Source of the DNA: Chromatiales bacterium
GTDB taxonomy: Bacteria; Pseudomonadota; Gammaproteobacteria; Chromatiales; Chromatiaceae
Assembly: GCA_028280505.1 (NCBI GenBank)
Contig: JANQLO010000081.1
Location: forward strand, 14,614 to 54,613
Direction of reading: 5' to 3'
Length of the DNA: 40,000 nt
Positions within the stretch are counted from its first letter, which is position 1. Every line of letters begins with the position of its first letter. The translations under genes and the position numbers were made by a program. Of this stretch, positions 25,599 to 33,862 are shown in pieces. The notes under the pieces were generated by a model. It made no database searches. It saw only the letters and a list, made by a program, of their open reading frames with translations, and was not told the origin of the DNA.

Positions 25599-26834
25599 AT
25601 GCAATGCTTGGAATGCGGTACCGAACTGGATCGATTAGACAATGCGCATCTGCTCGACTGCAGCGATATCACGCTGCAGGAGTATGCGATTCGACATCGT
25701 TTGCCGCTCGATCTGATATTGCATGCCGACCAGATCAATCGACAGGATACGGTAGACGGGTATCCGCCCGCCGCACCTTATTTCTCGGAGCGGGCGCGGG
25801 CGACGCTCGAAGGGCTGCGTTGGGCGGGTTTGGTTCAGTCCGACGATGTCTTCGTTGATGTTCCCGGCGAGGTTCGTCGACTCGATTTGTTGTTATGGGA
25901 TCAGCGCCGGCTCGCCGATTATGGTTTCATCTACCGCCAGGATTACGAATACGGCGCCGACACCCATCGAGTCGTCGCGCGTAATCGCTTGCGTGCGCCT
26001 GCGTGTAACCTTCGACCGGGGCGGCGTTGGGCCACCCCCGAGCCGCCTCCGGTGTTTCTCGATTGTCTGGCGGTTTACGTTGCGCACCAGGCCGAGTGGC
26101 ATGCGGGCTATGTGTTCATGCAGTTTCCGGTTGCGGCGCATGGCGACGAGGTACGCGAGACCTTGTTACGTCATCATGGTGTGCGCTGCCGGGTATTGGA
26201 TGCGGCCGATCATCCCGATGGCCTGTTACTGCGCACCCTGAAGATTGCCGACGGGGAGCGGCTGCTGACCCTGTTGGAAGATCGCCTCAAGGCGATGCCG
26301 ACCGCATGGGAACGTTTCGATGCGATGACGCCGGTCGCTACCGTCAGCAAGGAACTGGTGTTCGATGCCGCGCATTTCATTACCGATCACCCGGCCAAGT
26401 GCTCCAATCTGCACGGTGGACGTTATCGACTCAACGTCGAGGTCAGCGGGCGTATCGATCCGGTCACCGGCTGCGTGATCGATTACGGTTATCTCAAGCG
26501 TGTGGTCAATCAGCGCGTGATCGAGCGTTTCGATCATCACAATCTCAACTATGCGGCGACCGAACTCGCTTGGCGTTCGAGCACCGAGATGCTGTGCGTC
26601 TACATCTGGGAATGTCTGATCGATTATCTGCCGGGGCTCAGCGGCCTGCGTCTATTCGAGACCACGCAGTCATGGTGCGATTATCGCGGGCCGTCGCTGG
26701 CCGAGTATCAGGCGGCCGGGTCCGCGCCCGTGTTGCATCCCTTTTCACGGCCGGTCGATACGGTGATGCGTCGGCAGGCGTTTGGGCACAAGCCCTTGGC
26801 GCTGTGCGCTGCGGCCGGTCATGAAGTCAATTGA
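25599..26834 (+). CDS. Multidomain protein: N-terminal Cys/His zinc-finger-like motif, ~200-aa unknown region, C-terminal 6-pyruvoyl-tetrahydropterin synthase/QueD-like domain
   Basis: 411 aa. C-terminal domain VSKELVFDAAHFITDHPAKCSNLHGGRYRLNVEVSGRIDPVTGCVIDYGYLKRVV...FDHHNLNY aligns with QueD/PTPS (FEAAHRL..CGRLHGHSF..DPHTGWIIDF..LDHHYLN). The N-terminus CLECGTELDRLDNAHLLDC...TLQEYAIRHRLP resembles the Ros/MucR finger. Confidence 0.7.
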   Translation: MQCLECGTELDRLDNAHLLDCSDITLQEYAIRHRLPLDLILHADQINRQDTVDGYPPAAPYFSERARATLEGLRWAGLVQSDDVFVDVPGEVRRLDLLLWDQRRLADYGFIYRQDYEYGADTHRVVARNRLRAPACNLRPGRRWATPEPPPVFLDCLAVYVAHQAEWHAGYVFMQFPVAAHGDEVRETLLRHHGVRCRVLDAADHPDGLLLRTLKIADGERLLTLLEDRLKAMPTAWERFDAMTPVATVSKELVFDAAHFITDHPAKCSNLHGGRYRLNVEVSGRIDPVTGCVIDYGYLKRVVNQRVIERFDHHNLNYAATELAWRSSTEMLCVYIWECLIDYLPGLSGLRLFETTQSWCDYRGPSLAEYQAAGSAPVLHPFSRPVDTVMRRQAFGHKPLALCAAAGHEVN

Positions 26835-27510
26835 AGTCCGTCAGGTCGGCGGCGCTTATGCGACCGTCGTGCAAGGCGCTGGCTACCAGCACGCCGGCCG
26901 CGCCCGCTTTTTGCGCGGCCGAGAGATCGGTGTGGTTACGTATGCCGCCGGCGAGGTAATGGCGTTTGTCGGGCCGCTGTGTCGCATTATGCCCGAGCAA
27001 CAGGAGATCCGGACCGAGGTCGGCACCGACGCGGGCGAGGTTCATCAGGATCAGATCGCCGGGTTGGCGCGTCGGGTCGGTCGCGATGCCGGACGGGTCG
27101 CGCAGACCTTCGGCGCCGATGTCGATAGACAGCAGGGTATCGCTGTCTTGCAGCGAACCGTCGTCACGCCAGGTTTCGGAGCCGATGACGGCGCGGAAGC
27201 GCAGCCGGGTGTGCTGGTGTTCGACATCCGCCGGGCTGCGGAAGCCGGCATCCAGCCAGAGTTCGATATCGGGAAAGGCGTTGTTGATATCGGCAAGCAG
27301 TCCTACATGCCCGCCTTGGCCGAGAATGGCGTCGAGGTCGGCGATATAGAGCCGCTTGAATCCGAAGTTTTCGTGCAGCACACGTACCAAGGGCAACACG
27401 GCACCCCGTTGGCACAGGGTACTGTTCACCGGCCCGTAATCGGCACGTCGTCCGCGCCGGGCGAGAACGGCATGGCCTTGCAATAAATCGATGACGGGGA
27501 TGATGATCAA
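26827..27510 (-). CDS. HisA/HisF-family (beta/alpha)8-barrel protein of the C1-cofactor island (function unassigned)
   Basis: 227 aa. Classic HisA N-terminus (M)IIIPVIDLLQGHAV, but on a TTG start codon, and a C-terminal phosphate-binding GGIRN. Antisense to all its neighbours. Confidence 0.78.
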   Translation of the reverse strand: MIIIPVIDLLQGHAVLARRGRRADYGPVNSTLCQRGAVLPLVRVLHENFGFKRLYIADLDAILGQGGHVGLLADINNAFPDIELWLDAGFRSPADVEHQHTRLRFRAVIGSETWRDDGSLQDSDTLLSIDIGAEGLRDPSGIATDPTRQPGDLILMNLARVGADLGPDLLLLGHNATQRPDKRHYLAGGIRNHTDLSAAQKAGAAGVLVASALHDGRISAADLTDFN

Positions 27511-27522
27511 GGAGCAGCCGGT

Positions 27523-28521
27523 ATGCGGGTTTTCGTCTTCGAGTATGTAACCGGCGGGGGATTTGCCGGTCGAGAGATGGTATCAAGCCTGATGGCGGAA
27601 GGCGATTTGATGCTGGCCGCGGTGGTTCGCGATCTGCTCGCGGTCGATGGCGTGGCATTGAGCCTATGCCGGGATCGTCGACTCGACATGCCGTACCTGA
27701 GGGCCGATGTCGAATGGGTGGATCATGATTGGCGAGATGCCTGGTTGCGTTGTATGGATGATGCCGATGCCGTATTGCCGATCGCGCCGGAAACCGATGG
27801 TCTCTTGGAGGCCTTGTGTCGCGAGGTTGAACAGGCCGGCAAGATCCTGCTGAACAGCCGGCCGCGCGCGGTCGCGGTCGCGGCCAGCAAACAGGCGACT
27901 TTCGAATGTCTCGCGGCCGCGGGGGTGCCCGTGGTTACCACATGGCAGGCGGACCGGGCGCCATGCCGTGCGGCATCGACAGTGATCGTCAAACCCGATA
28001 TGGGTGCCGGGTGTCAGGGTATTCGGCTGCTTGCCGGGGAACGCGCGCTCGATGACTTTCTGACACAACAGACCGATTTGTCGAAATGGCTTATACAACC
28101 CTATGTGCATGGTGTGCCGGCCAGCCTGTCGCTGATGGTCGGTGACGACTGTCTGTGTCTGCTCGGTACCAATCGGCAGCGTTTTGCACAGATCGACGAC
28201 GGTTTCGTGTTGCTCGGTTGTGTCGTCAACGGCATGATCGAATCGGCCGAGGCCTTGTTTCCGCTGGCGCAGCGTTTGTGTCGCGCGATGCCCGGGTTAT
28301 GGGGTTATGTGGGTGTGGATTTGATGCTTACCGAGGCCGGTCCCGTGGTGCTGGAGGTGAACCCGCGCCTGACTACCAGCTATGTCGGTCTGAGCCGTTC
28401 GGTCGGGCGCAACGTCGCCGCATTGATGCTGCATCTGGCGGACGATCCGGCGGTACTGCCGACGCGTTATCTGCAAGGCAGTTCGGTGCATGTGGATCTG
28501 GAGCTGGGTCGTGTCGCGTAG
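27523..28521 (+). CDS. ATP-grasp ligase, MfnD-like (tyramine-L-glutamate ligase type, 'orf17')
   Basis: 332 aa, AAGGAG at 27509-27514. MRVFVFEYVTGGG start, ATP-grasp core (VIVKPDMGAGCQGI, GYVGVDLMLTEAGPVVLEVNPRLTTSY). The MfnD equivalence is from memory of methanofuran-pathway literature. Confidence 0.72.
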   Translation: MRVFVFEYVTGGGFAGREMVSSLMAEGDLMLAAVVRDLLAVDGVALSLCRDRRLDMPYLRADVEWVDHDWRDAWLRCMDDADAVLPIAPETDGLLEALCREVEQAGKILLNSRPRAVAVAASKQATFECLAAAGVPVVTTWQADRAPCRAASTVIVKPDMGAGCQGIRLLAGERALDDFLTQQTDLSKWLIQPYVHGVPASLSLMVGDDCLCLLGTNRQRFAQIDDGFVLLGCVVNGMIESAEALFPLAQRLCRAMPGLWGYVGVDLMLTEAGPVVLEVNPRLTTSYVGLSRSVGRNVAALMLHLADDPAVLPTRYLQGSSVHVDLELGRVA

Positions 28522-29584
28522 TGCGACCGTGCGATCCGGCGCCGCCATCGGTTGGGATCTCGGCGGTGCGCACCTGAAGGCGGCGCTGTTCGACCACGGC
28601 GGTGTGCTGATTCGGGTACGGCAGTTGCCGATGCCCCTGTGGCGTGGCGCGGAGCACCTGGATACGGCTATCGGCCTGCTGGCGCGTGAATGGTCCTTGG
28701 CCGAGTACGATCATTACATGACCATGACCGGTGAACTGGTCGATGCTTTCGAAAATCGCGAGCAGGGCGTGTCGCAACTCGTGCGGAGTGCGGCGGCCCT
28801 GCTTCCGGCGGCGCGTCTATGGTTGTATGCCGGGCCGGAGGGATTCGTTAGCGTCGACGAGTCCGTGCGTTTCCATCAGCAGATTGCGTCGGCCAATTGG
28901 CATGCGACGGCGACCTGGTTGGCAGGTCGGCAGTCGTATGGTCTGTTGGTGGATATCGGCAGCACGACCAGCGATATCCTGCCGTTTGCCGATGGCCGAG
29001 TAAAACATCTCGGCTACAGCGATAGAACACGCCTGGCACATGACGAACTGGTTTATACCGGCGTGGTGCGCACACCGGTGATGGCGGTAGTGCAACAGGT
29101 GCCGTTCGCCGGTGATTGGCTGGGTGTCGCCAATGAACACTTCGCGACCATGGCCGATGTCTATCGTGTGCTCGATTGTCTGCCGGCCAGCAGCGATCTG
29201 CACGATACGGCCGATGGACGGGACAAGGGTGAGCGGGCCAGCATGCGTCGCTTGGCGCGCATGCTGGGCACCGATCTCGATGCCGGTGACAGCCGGGACT
29301 GGTTTAATCTGGCGGCATTCATTATGGATCGCCAGATCGATACCCTGTGCATGGCCTGCCATCGGCAGATCAGCAAAGGTCTGCCGTCCGGCGCGCCCCT
29401 GATCGGCGCGGGTGTGGGGCGTTTTCTGGTCAAACGTCTGGCGCAGCGGCTCGATCGGACCTATGTCGATATCGACGATTGTTTCGCTCGGCCGTCCTGG
29501 GGCGGCATGCCGGCCGCCGATTGTGCGCCGGCGGTCGCTGTCGCCTTGTTGGCGCAACGGGAGTCTGTCGCATGTGCCTGTTGA
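28490..29584 (+). CDS. Hydantoinase/oxoprolinase-fold 'H4MPT-linked C1 transfer pathway protein' ('orf9', MfnF-like)
   Basis: IGWDLGGAHLKAAL ... DIGSTTSDI (ASKHA-fold phosphate motifs). Start uncertain: ATG 28490 overlaps the upstream gene by 32 nt, and GTG 28511 or GTG 28529 are alternatives. Confidence 0.7.
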   Translation: MWIWSWVVSRSATVRSGAAIGWDLGGAHLKAALFDHGGVLIRVRQLPMPLWRGAEHLDTAIGLLAREWSLAEYDHYMTMTGELVDAFENREQGVSQLVRSAAALLPAARLWLYAGPEGFVSVDESVRFHQQIASANWHATATWLAGRQSYGLLVDIGSTTSDILPFADGRVKHLGYSDRTRLAHDELVYTGVVRTPVMAVVQQVPFAGDWLGVANEHFATMADVYRVLDCLPASSDLHDTADGRDKGERASMRRLARMLGTDLDAGDSRDWFNLAAFIMDRQIDTLCMACHRQISKGLPSGAPLIGAGVGRFLVKRLAQRLDRTYVDIDDCFARPSWGGMPAADCAPAVAVALLAQRESVACAC

Positions 29585-30957
29585 CCGAGATCCCCTACCG
29601 ACCCGACAGCAGTCGATTGTTTGCCGCGATTGCGCAGCAGCCGTGGGCGGTGTTTCTCGACAGCGGCCGTCCGTCCATCCATTCCGGGCGCTACGATATC
29701 CTCGCCGCCGATCCCTATATGACCTTGGCGACCTTCGGTAAACAGACCGAGATCGTCGACCGGCGCGGCACACGCCATAGCGAATGCGATCCTTTCGAGC
29801 TGCTACGCGAGATGCTGGACCCCTCGATCGAGAACGACACCGGGCTGCCGTTCTGTGGCGGGGCGCTCGGGTGGTTTGCCTATGACCTCGGCAGGCGCAT
29901 CGAGCGTCTGCCGCAGACCGCGCGAGATATCGAACAGCTGCCGGACATGGCCGTCGGCCTGTACGATTGGGCCGTGGTGGTCGATCACCACCGGTGCCGC
30001 AGTCATCTTGTCGGGCAGGGCCGCGATCGGCGTACCAAGCGACGTTGGTGGGCCTTGCTGAAGCTGTTCAGCCGAACGCACGGCACTGCCGGCCAAACGC
30101 CTTTCCACGTGACCGCGCCGGTGCGCTCGAACATGACCCGCGAGGACTATGGGAAGGCGTTCGAGCGGATCAAACGCTATATCCGCGATGGCGATTGTTA
30201 TCAGATCAATCTCGCACAGCGTTTCTCCGCGCCGGCCAGTGGCGACGCCTGGTTCGCCTATTTGCGTCTGCGTGAACTCAATCCGGCGCCGATGTCGGCC
30301 TATATCAACACGCCGTACGCTCAGGCACTCAGCTCGTCGCCCGAGCGTTTGTTGAAACTGCGTGGCCATACGGTCGAGACCAAACCGATCAAAGGTACGC
30401 GCCCACGTGGCGATACGCCGGAAGGCGACTCGGCAATGGCAAAGGAACTCGGCGAGAGCACCAAGGACCGTGCCGAGAACCTGATGATCGTCGATCTGTT
30501 ACGCAACGACATCAGTCGCGTCTGTCGGCCCGGTAGCGTCAAAGTAAGCAAACTGTTCGATATCGAAAGCTATGCGACCGTGCATCATCTGGTCAGCACC
30601 GTAACCGGTGAATTGGACGACGGACGCGATGCCCTGGATCTGTTGCGGGCCTGTTTTCCCGGTGGTTCCATCACCGGTGCGCCCAAGCTGCGCGCGATGG
30701 AGATCATCGAAGAACTCGAGCCTCATCGGCGTGGCCTGTACTGTGGCTCGATCGGTTATATCGGCTTCGACGGCGATGCCGACAGCAATATCACCATCCG
30801 TACTTTGGTGTACAACCGGGGCGAGATACGCTGTTGGGCCGGTGGCGGTATCGTGCATGATTCCGACGTCGATGCCGAGTATCAGGAGACCTTCGACAAA
30901 GCAGCGGCGATGTTGCGGCTTTTGCAGACTGAGACGCTGGCCGATGTGGGTGCTTAA
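29572..30957 (+). CDS. pabB: Aminodeoxychorismate synthase component I (chorismate-binding enzyme)
   Basis: ORF 29347-30957 trimmed to ATG 29572. Chorismate-binding C-terminus (GGSITGAPKLRAMEIIEELEPHRRGLYCGSIGYIGFDG...IRT..., AGGGIVHDSD). The pabB rather than trpE call rests on context, since pABA is the MptG substrate. Confidence 0.82.
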   Translation: MCLLTEIPYRPDSSRLFAAIAQQPWAVFLDSGRPSIHSGRYDILAADPYMTLATFGKQTEIVDRRGTRHSECDPFELLREMLDPSIENDTGLPFCGGALGWFAYDLGRRIERLPQTARDIEQLPDMAVGLYDWAVVVDHHRCRSHLVGQGRDRRTKRRWWALLKLFSRTHGTAGQTPFHVTAPVRSNMTREDYGKAFERIKRYIRDGDCYQINLAQRFSAPASGDAWFAYLRLRELNPAPMSAYINTPYAQALSSSPERLLKLRGHTVETKPIKGTRPRGDTPEGDSAMAKELGESTKDRAENLMIVDLLRNDISRVCRPGSVKVSKLFDIESYATVHHLVSTVTGELDDGRDALDLLRACFPGGSITGAPKLRAMEIIEELEPHRRGLYCGSIGYIGFDGDADSNITIRTLVYNRGEIRCWAGGGIVHDSDVDAEYQETFDKAAAMLRLLQTETLADVGA

Positions 30958-31585
30958 GCTCGGCGGCAGTCTATACGGGTCCAAGCAGCTGGCGGAGTGG
31001 TTGCGGCGTTTGGCAAGACATGCGGGTTCGTTGGTGGTCGTGCCCGGTGGCGGTCCCTTCGCCGATCAGGTGCGCTTGGCGCAACGCCGTTGGCATTTCG
31101 ACGACCGCCATGCGCATGCGATGGCGTTGCGCGCGATGGAGCAGTTCGGCAACCTGCTGTGCGCCATCGATCCCCGCTTCATGCCGGCCGACGGTAACGC
31201 CGGCATACATGAGGTACTGGCCCGAGACCGGGTTCCGGTCTGGTTCCCGGTCCGGCAGATTCTCGCCGAATCCACGGTCGATGCCGGCTGGCACGTGACG
31301 TCTGACAGCCTGGCCTTATGGTTGGCTGCCGAACTGGTCGCCGATGGTGTAGTGTTGGTCAAGTCGGCTGTGTTGCCCCCCGCGTCTGCCACTATCGGGT
31401 CGATGCAAGGGGACGGTGTGTTGGACGAGTCTTTCGAGCAATACGCCGTCAGGTTGGATCGCCCGATCCATGTGATAAATCGCGATTATCCTGGCGAGCT
31501 TGAAGCGATACTGGACGGGCGGGCAGGGCGATGCGTCTGGTCGCCTCGATCTGCGCAGAATCGCCACATGCCGCAGTTTCAATAA
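30944..31585 (+). CDS. Amino-acid-kinase-family protein of the methanofuran/H4MPT island (possibly MfnE-like)
   Basis: ORF 30608-31585 trimmed to ATG 30944, a 14-nt overlap with pabB. MWVLKLGGSL...VVVPGGGPFAD is the AAK-family N-terminal signature. Confidence 0.68.
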   Translation: MWVLKLGGSLYGSKQLAEWLRRLARHAGSLVVVPGGGPFADQVRLAQRRWHFDDRHAHAMALRAMEQFGNLLCAIDPRFMPADGNAGIHEVLARDRVPVWFPVRQILAESTVDAGWHVTSDSLALWLAAELVADGVVLVKSAVLPPASATIGSMQGDGVLDESFEQYAVRLDRPIHVINRDYPGELEAILDGRAGRCVWSPRSAQNRHMPQFQ

Positions 31586-31605
31586 GATACGGGAGAGGTC
31601 TGCAG

Positions 31606-32112
31606 ATGAGGATACGGGTGGTACAACAGTTCTGGTTGCTGGCCGTCATGTATTGCATGACCGGAGCGGCGACTGCCGAGAGAGCCGGGATCAACGATGC
31701 CGCGGCGCTTGCCGGGTTGAAGGTCGGTAAAGGTGTCTTCCTGATCGATTTCACCAATCCCAAGAAGACCGCTTTCTATCTCGACGTGATTCGCGGTACC
31801 CATGCCGGCATGCTCAAACAGGGTGTCGAGCCGGATTTCGTATTGGTGTTCATCGGCAAGACGGTCGCCTTTTTGACGACCGAACCGGGCGAAAAGTTGG
31901 CGCGTAACAATCAGGCGCAACTCGAATCGATAGCGACCAGTGTTGCGGCCTTGTCCGAAGCCGGTGTGCGCATGGAGGTGTGTGCCGTCGCAACCGAGGT
32001 TTTCGGCATCGACAACGACACCATACTGCCGGGCATGGATGTGGTCGGAGACGGCTTCATTTCGCTCATCGGCTGGCAGAATCAGGGGTACAAACTGGTG
32101 CCGATTTTCTGA
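31606..32112 (+). CDS. Secreted DsrE/DsrF-like family protein
   Basis: ORF 31531-32112 trimmed to ATG 31606, behind GGGAGAGG. Signal-like N-terminus FWLLAVMYCMTGAATA. DsrE-like core (GVFLIDFTN..., RMEVCAVATEVFGI, GYKLVPIF). Confidence 0.68.
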   Translation: MRIRVVQQFWLLAVMYCMTGAATAERAGINDAAALAGLKVGKGVFLIDFTNPKKTAFYLDVIRGTHAGMLKQGVEPDFVLVFIGKTVAFLTTEPGEKLARNNQAQLESIATSVAALSEAGVRMEVCAVATEVFGIDNDTILPGMDVVGDGFISLIGWQNQGYKLVPIF

Positions 32113-32167
32113 TTGCCGTGACACGGCGCGAGAGCTTTGGAAGAACGCTTTGGGTTATGATGAAGCC

Positions 32168-32533
32168 ATGGAGTTCTTTCGCGAGTTGGATAGCGGACTT
32201 GACGTTGCGGCGCTGCAACGAAGGCTCACCATCGAGCATCTGCCACGGTATTGCCGTGAAATAGATCGGGTGCTCGGCGTTGCAGGCGATCACGGCGAAA
32301 TCTATTGTCTTTGGGGACAGTTCGAGGTGCGTCGCGAGTGCATCAAGGGTGGGGTGCGTTTTACCTTGCCGGGTTGTCCCAACGCCTTTGCCTGGACGGT
32401 GACCACCGGTCTGCCGCCAACTCCCGGGCTGACGATGATCCATTGCACCATCAATCGTCGCGAACACGAACCGGACTTCGTCGAGTCGATCGAGATGTTT
32501 GTGGATGCTTTGGTCGACGGTCTGAAATCTTGA
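32168..32533 (+). CDS. Hypothetical protein (121 aa)
   Basis: In-frame ATG within ORF 31940-32533, downstream of the DsrE-like stop. High-GC codon usage like its neighbours. No family recognised. Confidence 0.4.
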   Translation: MEFFRELDSGLDVAALQRRLTIEHLPRYCREIDRVLGVAGDHGEIYCLWGQFEVRRECIKGGVRFTLPGCPNAFAWTVTTGLPPTPGLTMIHCTINRREHEPDFVESIEMFVDALVDGLKS

Positions 32534-32553
32534 TTGAACAGTAGCCCGCCCGC

Positions 32554-32979
32554 ATGTTGGATTACGTCTTTTTTCATCAAACGCCGTTCGACGAGTTCGT
32601 CGCCTTTGTGCGTGCCAAGGGGCTGCAGCCGGAGACCGAGGCCGAAGACGGCAACTACGAGGTGCGTCTGCCCGAGGATATCGACGATGCGTTGAGTGAC
32701 GAGATCGAAGAGCGCTACGATGCCTTGATGGACATGAACCGGGCGCTGTTCGAGCGCGGACAGCAGGAGGACGCGGATAACTATCAAGGCGCCGGCGTGG
32801 TGCTGAATCTTAAGGACGGTCAGACGGTTTATGCCGATGTCGATTCGGGTCTGTTGGCAAAGATCATGGGGGTGTTGAGCGCCGAGGAATTCGGCGAGGT
32901 GGTCAACGCCATTGTCGATGCCATCGAAAATCCGGATACCCGGACCTTCTGTGAACGTGCACGCGACAGAGGAACCTGA
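32554..32979 (+). CDS. Hypothetical acidic protein (141 aa)
   Basis: ORF-track entry. Very acidic (runs of D/E), no TM segment or signal peptide, no family recognised. Confidence 0.45.
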   Translation: MLDYVFFHQTPFDEFVAFVRAKGLQPETEAEDGNYEVRLPEDIDDALSDEIEERYDALMDMNRALFERGQQEDADNYQGAGVVLNLKDGQTVYADVDSGLLAKIMGVLSAEEFGEVVNAIVDAIENPDTRTFCERARDRGT

Positions 32980-33066
32980 CTGTCGTCTCCGGCCGATGCG
33001 GGACGAGTTATTCGTTGCTATGGTTGCCGCACTGCATCAGCCGCTTTTATGGCGTAGCATGCACGC

Positions 33067-33441
33067 GTGAAAACGGGGGGTGTCAGTTTGAAGCGATCAA
33101 CATTCACAACACGGGTTTGTCTGCCGGTTCTTCTTGTCATGTCCACAGGCGCTTTTGCAAATTCATGGACATGCCAAAAAGCGGACCTCACCAGACATGT
33201 GCTCGTTTTTTATCCGGATGAGCCGGTGCGGCTGCCGTGTAAAGTCATGTACAGCAAGCCGACGGAAAACGTGATGCCCCATCCGCTGTGGGAGTCCGAG
33301 AACACCCAGGATTATTGTGAGCAGAAGGCGACCGAGTTTGTCGCCAAACTGGCATCAATGGGTTGGCGTTGTACCGAGGACGATCGCCGGCAGGACACAA
33401 TCGAGGAATCCGAAACGACGCCGGCACAAGCATCCGGGTAG
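33067..33441 (+). CDS. Small secreted Cys-containing hypothetical protein
   Basis: GTG start. Signal peptide ...VCLPVLLVMSTGAFA followed by four Cys in the mature part. No family recognised. Confidence 0.45.
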   Translation: MKTGGVSLKRSTFTTRVCLPVLLVMSTGAFANSWTCQKADLTRHVLVFYPDEPVRLPCKVMYSKPTENVMPHPLWESENTQDYCEQKATEFVAKLASMGWRCTEDDRRQDTIEESETTPAQASG

Positions 33442-33469
33442 CGCCTTGTCGGATTCGGGTCGTTGAATA

Positions 33470-33862
33470 TCAATCGCCGTACTTCAGATATTTGAAACGG
33501 GGATCGTCCGGCGTACCTTCGAGTGCGCTGTGGGCTTCCAGGCCCGGTTGCCACATCACTACCTCCTCGATCTTCTTGGCCAGTTCGAAGTCCTTGGCTG
33601 TGACGCCCTTCGCCGAATGGGTGCAAAGCTTCACGATCACGAAGGCATAAGATGCGGTGAGATCGGGATGGTGAAATGCCGCCTCGGACAGATGCCCTAC
33701 GGTGTTGATGACCATCAGCGTGCCTTTCCATCCCGCGGTTTTGTATTTACGTCGTATCCAGCCTTTTTCGAGATACCACTGCGGTAGCTCTTGTTGCAGT
33801 CGTTCCTCGATTTCCGCGTCGGTATAGGTCGCGTCCTTGCCTTTGTTGCGCCATTGGTTCAT
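33470..33862 (-). CDS. Pterin-4a-carbinolamine dehydratase (PCD/DCoH)-like protein
   Basis: ORF 33470-34000 trimmed to the ATG at comp. 33860-33862. GHLSEAAFHHPDLTASYAFVIVKLCTHSAKGVTAKDFELAKKIE matches the PCD core (AE..HHPD....Y..V...L.TH...G.T..D..LA..I). Confidence 0.72.
   Translation of the reverse strand: MNQWRNKGKDATYTDAEIEERLQQELPQWYLEKGWIRRKYKTAGWKGTLMVINTVGHLSEAAFHHPDLTASYAFVIVKLCTHSAKGVTAKDFELAKKIEEVVMWQPGLEAHSALEGTPDDPRFKYLKYGD

Noticed and set aside
28817-29773. 318-aa minus-strand ORF opposite the MfnF-like gene and pabB
   Set aside because: Shadow ORF with low-complexity Arg/Gly content. It overlaps two coupled plus-strand genes.
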